From Candidatus Hydrogenedentes bacterium UBA2224 (GTDB lineage Bacteria; Hydrogenedentota; Hydrogenedentia; Hydrogenedentales; SLHB01), in contig DDYW01000063.1 in assembly GCA_002348185.1 (NCBI GenBank), positions 3,336-43,599 on the forward strand: a DNA stretch of 40,264 bases, in the 5' to 3' direction. Made by a program: the position numbers and the translations under genes. The notes beneath the pieces were generated by a model. The model worked only from the letters and a program-made list of their open reading frames with translations. It was not told where the DNA came from and did not search any database. Positions 28,384-35,987 of this stretch are shown here, in pieces (within the stretch, counting starts at the first letter, position 1; the number at the start of each line of letters is the position of its first letter).

Positions 28384-28550
28384 GCGGAATCAACGCCCCT
28401 GCACCACCGGAGCGGTTTACGCCGGACCTGCGAACAGGCACACGCGGTGGCGGTGCGGGCACACTCACAAGGCCCCCTATTTAGCCAGAATTGCCCTCGA
28501 AAGTCGAACTTTCCAGCACGCCCGGTGCCCGGGTGGAGGCGCGGCGTGGG

Positions 28551-29321
28551 TCAGATCCCGCTGCCGTCGACGTGGATGCCGCATTCTTTTTTGTGGTCGC
28601 CCTCGTACTGATTGAACCAACGCCATCGGCCGGCGCGCTTGTCTTCGCCGGGCCGGATGGGGGTCGTGCAGATCATGCAGCCGATGCTGGCGTAGCCCTG
28701 GTCGTAGAGTGTATTGGACGGGACGCCGTAGCGGTCGAGGTAGGCGTCCACTTCGTCTTCCGACCACGCCACGAGTGGGGCGAGTTTGAGAAGTCTGCGG
28801 CCGCCTTTTTCCACCCAGGTGGCTTTCGGGACGCCGGTGCGGTGCGTGGACTGATCGTGGCGGAGGCCGGTGATCCAGACGTCGAGTGTCCGGAGCGCGC
28901 GGTCGTTGGGTTCGACCTTGCGGATCCAGCAGCAGTGTTCCTGTTTGGGGCGGCTGTCGAAGAAGAGGAATTCCCCATGCTCGTCCAGCATGCGCTGAAG
29001 GCGCTGCGGATCGGGTTCAAAACGCTCGATGGCGATGTGGTAGCGCGCTTCGATCTGCGCCATAAGCTCGTAGGTTTCGGGGTGCAGGCGCAGGGTGTCG
29101 ACGGTGACGACCCGGAGCCCGAGCCCGGCGCGGTGGGCCATATCGATCATGACGCATCCGGTCTTCTGGAAACTGGTCAGGATGGCGGCGCGTTCGCCGA
29201 AGCCCGCGGCCCACGCGAGCAGGTCCTCCGGCGATGCGCCATTCAGGGTATCCAGGTCGATTGCGCTTGAGAATGCGGGCGCCTCCGCGATTCCCGCGGC
29301 GGGTGTATGCTCGTGTGCCAT
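28551..29321 (-). CDS. cysH: APS/PAPS reductase (Fe-S, APS-reductase type)
   Basis: TSFQ, VDTLRLHPETY, CC..RKVEP, WITGLR, GYASIGCMICT, RAGRW, ECGIH. Confidence 0.92.
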   Translation of the reverse strand: MAHEHTPAAGIAEAPAFSSAIDLDTLNGASPEDLLAWAAGFGERAAILTSFQKTGCVMIDMAHRAGLGLRVVTVDTLRLHPETYELMAQIEARYHIAIERFEPDPQRLQRMLDEHGEFLFFDSRPKQEHCCWIRKVEPNDRALRTLDVWITGLRHDQSTHRTGVPKATWVEKGGRRLLKLAPLVAWSEDEVDAYLDRYGVPSNTLYDQGYASIGCMICTTPIRPGEDKRAGRWRWFNQYEGDHKKECGIHVDGSGI

Positions 29322-29354
29322 GGTATCCGTCTGTCTCCATGCCTGTGCCGCGGA

Positions 29355-31112
29355 CTAGCGATTTGCGGCGAGTTGGACCTTTTCTTTCAACCCCTCGATG
29401 CCGACGCGGAACGACCAGTCGCCGAAACGTTCGCCGCTGTCGCGGTCCTCTTTCCAGGCGGCGAGGAGCGCGGACAGGACGCCCGAGACCTCCGCGGTAT
29501 GGACCCGTTCGAGAAAGGCCTGGCCCAGCCGGGTCCCGTTGTATTCGCCGCCGGTATAGATGTTGTACAGGCCCGATCCGCAACCGATGACGCCCAGTTC
29601 CGCGGAGATGGGTCGCGAGCAGTTGTTGGGGCATCCACTCATACGCAGGACAATCTCGGCGTCCCCGTGGCCGTCACGTTCGAGGTCGGCCACGACGCTG
29701 GGCAGAAACCGTTCAGCCTCGGCCAGAGCCAGGCCGCAGGTGGGCAGCGCCGGGCATGCCATCTCCATGCGGCGCAGGGTGGAAATGCCCTTATCGGTCG
29801 GGATGCGGTATGCGTCGAGCAGCGTCTGGACCCGGCTGACGTCTTCATCCCGGATGTTCGCCAGGATGACGTTATGATGGGGCGTGAGACGGAGGTCCGG
29901 TTTGAATTGTTCGACGATCCGGCGCAGCCCGGACTTGAACTGAAAGCTGCCGGGGAAGTCACGGATCCGCCCGTTTTCGATCCACAGGCCCACGTAGTTC
30001 AGTCCGGGCTGACGTTGTGTTGCCCAGCCGAGGTAATCGGGCTGCGCGGTGGGTGTGATCCCTCTGGGCGGGGGATAGTCGCGGCCCGCGTATTCGAATA
30101 CCCGGGCGCGAAAGACGTCGAGCCCCAGGTCGTCGATGAGGTATTTCATGCGGGCGTGGCGGCGGTTGGTCCGGTCGCCGAAATCGCGCTGGACTTTTAC
30201 GATAGCCTCGACGATGGGAATCACCTCGTCGCCGCGTACGAGGGCCAGGGGCGTTGCCAGGCGCGGATACGTGGCTTCCTTGCGGTGGGTAAAGCCGAGC
30301 CCGCCCCCCACGGCAATCTCGTAGCCCGTTACCCGGCCGTCTTCGGTCACGGCCACAATGGCGATATCGTTCGTGTATACATCGACGGAATTGTCAAAAT
30401 CCGGGGCGAGCGCGATCTTGAACTTGCGGGGCAGGTAGCTGTCGCCGTAGATGGGGTCCTCCTCGCCTTTCACTACCGTATCCTCGGGGAAATGGACGCT
30501 GCCGTCTTCATTCACGGCGACTTTCTCGTCGTTTATCCAGAGGTCGAAATAGCCCCGGGTTCTGGGGAGAAAGTAGTCGCTGATCTGTTGAGCGAGCCGG
30601 CCGAGGTCGGCATCCGCGTCAGCGAATTTCGGGTCAATGTCCGACACGGGGCACGCGATCACGTTGCGCACCACATCGCCGCATGCGCCGAGGCTCGTGA
30701 TGTTCGCGTAATGGTTCAGGTCATGGATGAGCGGGCGCAGGTTCGTTTTGACCACGCCGTGCAACTGAAAGCACTGGCGGGAGGTCACGCGCAGGTCATC
30801 CTGCCCGTACCGGGTGGCGAGCTCGTCGCAGACCAGATGCTGTTCCGCCGTCAAGCGTCCCCCGGGAAACTTGGTGCGGAGCATGAACGAATAGTCCTTG
30901 TCGAGGCCGGCCTTTTTGCGGTCGGTGCGCGTGTCGCGGTTGTCCTGCTGGTACGTGCCGTGATGTTTGAGGAGCTGGACCGCTTCCTCCGAAAACGACG
31001 GCGTGGCCTGGCCCAGTTCCGCTGCGATGGGGCCGCGAAGCCCCCGGCTCTCGCGCTTAATCCCCTCAATCTTGCTGAGCGACCCAGCCTGTCCGGTCTC
31101 ATTCGCGCTCAT
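29355..31112 (-). CDS. cysI: Assimilatory sulfite reductase hemoprotein (siroheme/[4Fe-4S])
   Basis: HGTYQQDNRD, GACGDVVRN, YLPRKFKIA, RRHARMKY, MACPALPTCGLA, RMSGCPNNC. Confidence 0.9.
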   Translation of the reverse strand: MSANETGQAGSLSKIEGIKRESRGLRGPIAAELGQATPSFSEEAVQLLKHHGTYQQDNRDTRTDRKKAGLDKDYSFMLRTKFPGGRLTAEQHLVCDELATRYGQDDLRVTSRQCFQLHGVVKTNLRPLIHDLNHYANITSLGACGDVVRNVIACPVSDIDPKFADADADLGRLAQQISDYFLPRTRGYFDLWINDEKVAVNEDGSVHFPEDTVVKGEEDPIYGDSYLPRKFKIALAPDFDNSVDVYTNDIAIVAVTEDGRVTGYEIAVGGGLGFTHRKEATYPRLATPLALVRGDEVIPIVEAIVKVQRDFGDRTNRRHARMKYLIDDLGLDVFRARVFEYAGRDYPPPRGITPTAQPDYLGWATQRQPGLNYVGLWIENGRIRDFPGSFQFKSGLRRIVEQFKPDLRLTPHHNVILANIRDEDVSRVQTLLDAYRIPTDKGISTLRRMEMACPALPTCGLALAEAERFLPSVVADLERDGHGDAEIVLRMSGCPNNCSRPISAELGVIGCGSGLYNIYTGGEYNGTRLGQAFLERVHTAEVSGVLSALLAAWKEDRDSGERFGDWSFRVGIEGLKEKVQLAANR

Positions 31113-31202
31113 ATTCCACTACTCCGTTGCGCCACTCGATAGGCGGCTACTGCATGCAATGGTTCCAACCAATGCAGGCGAAACACCGGCGGACAGGGAT
31201 TT

Positions 31203-31236
31203 AATCCTGACAAATATGAGTAAATTGGTAAGGATT
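31203..31236. promoter_or_regulatory. AT-rich imperfect palindrome upstream of cysI; candidate operator
   Basis: AATCCTGACAAATATGAGTAAATTGGTAAGGATT has inverted arms AATCCTnACnAAT / ATTnGTnAGGATT. Confidence 0.5.
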
Positions 31237-31295
31237 CCGGGCGGGGACAGGGACGGGCGCGGCCCGGGTTTACCAAGGTGCTGATAACCGGCGGC

Positions 31296-31874
31296 TTACG
31301 GGGTAGGCTTGGCGATCAGGTTCATGAACTCCGCCCGGGTGGGGTCGTCGTTATGGAAGGAGCCGAGCACGGACGAGGTGGTCATGATGGAATTCTGTTT
31401 TTCGACGCCGCGCATCATCATGCAGAGGTGTTTGCATTCCATGACCACGCCGACCCCCTCTGCGCCGGTGAGATCCATGACCCGGCGCGCCACCTGGGCG
31501 GTCAGCCGTTCCTGGATCTGGAGCCGGCGGGCATAGTAGTCCACGATGCGGGCCAGTTTGCTGAGCCCCAGGACCTTCTTGCGGGCGATGTAGCCGATGT
31601 GGCAGCGACCGTAGAAGGGCAGCATGTGGTGCTCACAGAGGCTGTAGACTTCGATGTCGCGGCAGATGATCATGTTGTTCGTGGCCGCCTCGAACAGGGC
31701 GTTGTTGATTAGGGTGTCCATATCGGCCCGGTAGCCGGAGGTGAGGTATTCGAAGGATTTCGCGACGCGTTCGGGGGTGCGCTGCAGGCCTTCGCGGTCC
31801 GTGTCCTCGCCGATTTCGACGAGCAATTGCCGGATCAGTTCGGCGACGCGCGACCGATTGTAGTCTTTACTCAT
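31296..31874 (-). CDS. folE: GTP cyclohydrolase I
   Basis: [50 protein letters not shown]. Confidence 0.96.
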   Translation of the reverse strand: MSKDYNRSRVAELIRQLLVEIGEDTDREGLQRTPERVAKSFEYLTSGYRADMDTLINNALFEAATNNMIICRDIEVYSLCEHHMLPFYGRCHIGYIARKKVLGLSKLARIVDYYARRLQIQERLTAQVARRVMDLTGAEGVGVVMECKHLCMMMRGVEKQNSIMTTSSVLGSFHNDDPTRAEFMNLIAKPTP

Positions 31875-32388
31875 GGGTAAACGATTGCTCCTTCAGGGCT
31901 TGCGTAAACTTCACGTCGACGGCGGCCCCATTGATTTCTTCACTGTGGACCAGTTCGCGCAACGGCCTCTCCGCTCCGGGAAGCCGCAGGTGTTCATCCA
32001 GATCAAGCAGCGGCAGAAACAGAAACGGGCGCCGGCAGATGTCCGGATCCGGGAGGGTCAACCCCTCCTCCTCGACGACGAGATCCTCATACAGGAGGAG
32101 ATCGAGGTCGATGGTTCGGGCGGCATAGGCGTCGCCAGTCCTGACTCTGCCGAGATGCCGTTCGACTTCTCTGAGGACGCCGAATTTCAACTGTCGTGGC
32201 GAAAGCCCGGTTTCAACTCTGCAGGCGCCGTTGATGAAATCGGCCTGTTCAGGGCGGTTCAGCGGCCGGCTCCGGTAGAAGCGGGACACGGCGGCTACCC
32301 GGCATCGGGCGGCCAGTTCCGTCAGGGCCGCGGGAATATGCTTCTCGGGGCCGATATTGGAACCCAGCGCGATGTATGCGGTAGCCAC
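31867..32388 (-). CDS. folK: 6-hydroxymethyl-7,8-dihydropterin pyrophosphokinase
   Basis: [15 protein letters not shown]...[12 protein letters not shown].....RPFLFLPL. Confidence 0.93.
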   Translation of the reverse strand: MATAYIALGSNIGPEKHIPAALTELAARCRVAAVSRFYRSRPLNRPEQADFINGACRVETGLSPRQLKFGVLREVERHLGRVRTGDAYAARTIDLDLLLYEDLVVEEEGLTLPDPDICRRPFLFLPLLDLDEHLRLPGAERPLRELVHSEEINGAAVDVKFTQALKEQSFTHE

Positions 32389-32394
32389 GATGTT

Positions 32395-32763
32395 TTACTC
32401 GCGCAGCCGGACAATTTCAACCGCGACGCTTCTGGCGAAGCGAAGCGCACCGGGTTTATCGACCGAAACCGCCACCTTCTCGACTCGGGGATTGGCCAGA
32501 CAGATGCCGGCGATCTCTTCCGCGAGACGTTCGATGAGCTGAAAACTGGAGTCTTCGACCATCCGGATGACCTGTTTCTTAATGGCTTTGTAGTCCACCG
32601 TGTCGGCGATGTCGTCGCTCCGGCACGCGGCGCGGTAGTCGGCCCAGAGGGTGATGTTGAGGATCACATCCTGTTTTTCGCGGCGTTCGTCGGGGTAAAT
32701 CCCGACGATGCAGCGGCACATGAGGTCGCGAATGTGAATCCGGTCCGCCTGGCCTTCAGCCAT
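32395..32763 (-). CDS. folB: Dihydroneopterin aldolase (FolB/FolX family)
   Basis: IVGIYPDERREKQ, SDDIADTVDY, FQLIERLAEEIA, KPGAL. Start overlaps the upstream SDR stop. Confidence 0.85.
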   Translation of the reverse strand: MAEGQADRIHIRDLMCRCIVGIYPDERREKQDVILNITLWADYRAACRSDDIADTVDYKAIKKQVIRMVEDSSFQLIERLAEEIAGICLANPRVEKVAVSVDKPGALRFARSVAVEIVRLRE

Positions 32764-33505
32764 AGATATTTCCTCGCATATGACGGCCGCCGTCAACGTA
32801 GAGCACCTGGCCGGTGACAAATGTCGAGTTCAACAGGTAACGCAGGGCCTCCATAATGTCTTCGACCTTGCCAAACCGGTTCAGGGGATTCGTGTGAGCC
32901 AGTTCCTCCAAGTATAGCGCATCCTTTCCCGGCGGGGGGAGAATCAGTCCGGGCGCGATGGCGTTCACCTGGATCGATGGGGCGAGTTCGAGCGCCATTG
33001 TCCGCGTGATGGTGTGAAACAGGCGCTTACTGAGGTGATAGGCGTAGTGGGTGCGGTCGTAGTCCATGACGCGCGTGTCGAGGAAGTTGATGATGTGGCC
33101 GGGGCGGCCCTGTTTCGCGAAGGCCCGCGCCAGCACAAACGGCGACAACGCGTTGGTGTTCAGGTTCTCCAGGATGTCCTCGATGGAGGTGTCGAGCATC
33201 GTGGAGTCGTGGAAGATGGACGCATTGTTGACGAGGATGTCGATGGCCCCCACCGCCGCCACGACTTCCTCGAAGAACTTCTCGATGCCCCGGGGATCCG
33301 AGAGGTCGCCCCGCACGGTCTCGGCCTTCACGCCCGAGGCGCGCACTTCGGCGGCAAGCGCCTCCGCTTCCTCGCCGGAGGTCCGGTAGTGAATGCAGAC
33401 GTTGGTGCCCTCTTCGGCCAGCAGACGTACGCACGCGGCGCCCAGGCGTCTGGCGCCGCCGGTGACGAGTGCTGCCGCGCCCTTCAGCATGCGCTCACCT
33501 TTCAT
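32756..33505 (-). CDS. folM: Pteridine reductase-type SDR (FolM/PTR1-like)
   Basis: VTGGARRLG, HY, LVNNAS, YHLSK, VNAIAPG, TGQVLYVDGG. AAGGAG RBS. Folate-gene context. Confidence 0.8.
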   Translation of the reverse strand: MKGERMLKGAAALVTGGARRLGAACVRLLAEEGTNVCIHYRTSGEEAEALAAEVRASGVKAETVRGDLSDPRGIEKFFEEVVAAVGAIDILVNNASIFHDSTMLDTSIEDILENLNTNALSPFVLARAFAKQGRPGHIINFLDTRVMDYDRTHYAYHLSKRLFHTITRTMALELAPSIQVNAIAPGLILPPPGKDALYLEELAHTNPLNRFGKVEDIMEALRYLLNSTFVTGQVLYVDGGRHMRGNIYG

Positions 33506-33603
33506 GGCGTATCTCCTTGGTTGCAGGACAACGTTACTTCGTAGAGGGACACCTGGCATCCCCGGGGTATTTCCGCCTGCCGGGGAAAGCGGCCGGACAG
33601 CGG

Positions 33604-34989
33604 TTACGCGGGCATGTCAAAGGGGTCCCCGGCCGTTTCCAGGAAGCGGCGCGTGAGCGCCTCGAGCTGTGTTCGGAGGGCGGCCGCGCCGGGGTCCGAA
33701 AAGAGGTTGTTCAACTGGAACGGGTCGCGGCGGTTGTCGAAGAGAAACCCGTCGCCGTCCGGTTTGACCGCGAACGTGTGGTTTCGTGTGCGCACGCCGC
33801 GGAACAGCGGCGCGGGATGCTTGTTGCCGCCCGACGCGTTGTCTTTGGCGATGTGCATGATGAACTGGGCTTCGGGGTCCGGCCCCTGGCCGCCGGTCAG
33901 CAGGGGGCTGAAGTCCTGTCCGGCGCAGGTTGAGGGGACATCGAGCCCCGCCAGAGCGCAGAGGGTCGGCATGATGTCGATGGAGCCGAACAGGGCCTGG
34001 CTCCGGTGTCCCGGGGGGATGATGCCAGGCCAGCGCACCAGGAAGGGCACGCGGATGGACTCCTCGTAGGGCTGGCGCTTGCTCCCCACGCCATGGGAGC
34101 CGAACATGGAGCCGTGATCGGAAGTGTAGACGAGGATGGTGTTTCTTGCCAGCCCCAATTCGTCGATGGCGGCCAGGACCCGGCCCAGTTCTTCGTCGAC
34201 GGCGGTGATATGGGCGTGGTAGCCCTGATAATTGGGCCAGTCGTTCCGCCGCGCAATATCGGGCGCACCCGCCGGTACCGCCTCGTTTGCGCCGCTGGCA
34301 TTGGGCCGGCGGGGCAGCGAGCCCTCGGGATAGAGAGCCTTCTTGTCTTCTGGCGCGTCGGTAAACGTGGCGTGGGGCGGATTCCAGGAGACCATGAGAA
34401 AGAACGGCTGCGCGGCTTCATCGCTCTGCCGGATGAACTCGATAGCCTGGTCGGTCATGAGCGTCGCGTTGTAGCCCCTGGGGCGGACCGGTTCTCCCTC
34501 GGCGGGGTGGTACTCCGACTTGTCGTAATGGGTGCCAGTGCCCGTCCATATCAACGAAGTGTCGAACCCGAACGGTTCCGCGCGGGTGCCGCCGAGGTGC
34601 CATTTGCCGATGTACCCGGTGCGGTAGCCAGCGGCCTGAAACACCTTTCCGAGGGTGGGCTGCCCGGGGTCGAGATCGATGTTATTGTCAATGATCCCCT
34701 GCTGATACGGCCAGCGCCCCGTCATCAACATGGCGCGATGGGGCGAGCAGACCGGGTAGTTGCTGATGGTGTGGGTGAACTCGGCGCCCTGGGCCGCCAG
34801 GGCCGCCATATGGGGCGTGCGGACCTCGGGCATTTCCGTGAACGACATGGATTGCCACCGGTGCTCATCGCTGAAGAGGTAGACGACATTGGGGCGGGCC
34901 GGGCGCAGGTGCGCAGTCGTGCGCGCGCACGAAACGCCCGTCAGCGCGAGTCCCCCCGCGAGTTGCGTGATGAAATCCCGCCGTTTCAT
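33604..34989 (-). CDS. Tat-exported Cys-type sulfatase
   Basis: MKRRDFI twin-arginine signal, PNVVYLFSDEH, CSPHR (CxPxR)...LMTGR, GYIGKWHLG, YTSDHG. Confidence 0.92.
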   Translation of the reverse strand: MKRRDFITQLAGGLALTGVSCARTTAHLRPARPNVVYLFSDEHRWQSMSFTEMPEVRTPHMAALAAQGAEFTHTISNYPVCSPHRAMLMTGRWPYQQGIIDNNIDLDPGQPTLGKVFQAAGYRTGYIGKWHLGGTRAEPFGFDTSLIWTGTGTHYDKSEYHPAEGEPVRPRGYNATLMTDQAIEFIRQSDEAAQPFFLMVSWNPPHATFTDAPEDKKALYPEGSLPRRPNASGANEAVPAGAPDIARRNDWPNYQGYHAHITAVDEELGRVLAAIDELGLARNTILVYTSDHGSMFGSHGVGSKRQPYEESIRVPFLVRWPGIIPPGHRSQALFGSIDIMPTLCALAGLDVPSTCAGQDFSPLLTGGQGPDPEAQFIMHIAKDNASGGNKHPAPLFRGVRTRNHTFAVKPDGDGFLFDNRRDPFQLNNLFSDPGAAALRTQLEALTRRFLETAGDPFDMPA

Positions 34990-34993
34990 GGGG

Positions 34994-35911
34994 TCATCCC
35001 TCCGGGACGCTTCCCTCGGCCGGGGCCGCCTCGTCCGCGGGCTCGGTCTGCTCCGGCTGCTCCTGGGGCTGTGCGGGGGCGTGTTCGGGCGCCTGGGCGG
35101 CGGCCTCAAGCACGTCCGCGGCCGGCAGGACGATCATGACGGCGTTGTCGCTCCCGCCGCCTGCCCCCATCATGCCCATCATGCCCATCATACCACTGCT
35201 CGACGCGCGGATGGTGCGCAGCAGCAGTATCCCGACAATATCGCCCTCCAGAGTAAAGACCGGCGCCCCCAGGGAACTCTGGTTCATGCCGCCGCCCGCG
35301 GGCACGTAGAAGGTCCGGGGCTTTTCGACGACCGCCTCGATGCGGTCGAGCAGGGCGCCGTGGGCGCGGTTGGCGACGCGTCCAAGGCGGCTTATGGCCA
35401 CGATGGGGTCCAGTTGACCGGCCGTGCCGGCCTGGGCAAGTCCCAGTGCGGCAAACGGTTTCTCCGGCTTCTGTTTGGGACGCAGGAAGGCGAGGTCCAG
35501 GTCTTTGTCGCGGAGCACGACTTCGGCGGGGATTTCATTACCATCCGCGGAGAGGATGTCGGCCCGTTTGATCTCCGTTTCAATCTTGAACCCCATCTCC
35601 TCGAGGTCCATGCCCATCATGTTGCGCGAGGCGGAGGTCGGATCGGTCGTAAAGAGGCTCACGACGGTCAATCCCGACGGATCGATGACCGTGCCGGTGA
35701 TCTCGGAAATGCTCTCCTCGCTGTCCGAACCGCTGCCCTCCATGGAGTAGCGGTTTTCGATCACCAGCTTGATGGTGACCACCGCGTCCTTGTTGGCTTC
35801 GACGATGGCGCGCGCCGCATCGGCGAGGGCGTCGGCGTGTGCCAGTTCCACACAGGCAAAGATCCCCAGAAGCGCAATGCATAGCCCCGTCCGCAGGTAC
35901 CTGGAACGCAT
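34994..35911 (-). CDS. Secreted trypsin-like (HtrA-type) domain protein lacking catalytic His/Ser and PDZ domains
   Basis: Signal peptide (AHA|D). AVVTI, GTVIDPSG, DKDLDLAFLR, LGAPVFTLEGDIVGI. AGGAGG RBS upstream. Confidence 0.75.
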   Translation of the reverse strand: MRSRYLRTGLCIALLGIFACVELAHADALADAARAIVEANKDAVVTIKLVIENRYSMEGSGSDSEESISEITGTVIDPSGLTVVSLFTTDPTSASRNMMGMDLEEMGFKIETEIKRADILSADGNEIPAEVVLRDKDLDLAFLRPKQKPEKPFAALGLAQAGTAGQLDPIVAISRLGRVANRAHGALLDRIEAVVEKPRTFYVPAGGGMNQSSLGAPVFTLEGDIVGILLLRTIRASSSGMMGMMGMMGAGGGSDNAVMIVLPAADVLEAAAQAPEHAPAQPQEQPEQTEPADEAAPAEGSVPEG

Positions 35912-35987
35912 CTCCGACCTCCTTGAGTGTATATTCACGTTGTGCGGGGTGCCCCCGCGCCGACCGTTGCCGCTGAGGACAACGTCC

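Noticed and set aside
25780-29321. DinG next to CysH as a type IV CRISPR or DndC/phosphorothioation-like defence module
   Set aside because: This CysH has the full APS-reductase signature (ECGIH, CC/CxxC) and sits with cysI. No csf/cas/dnd genes or array are present, and DinG is coupled to pgi.
27990-31112. JAB domain acting as a Mec+-type sulfur-carrier protease for the adjacent cys genes
   Set aside because: No ThiS/MoaD/CysO carrier or MoeB/E1 gene is in the window. The motif is RadC-like (HNHPSG) and fused to a helicase, so the adjacency is probably incidental.
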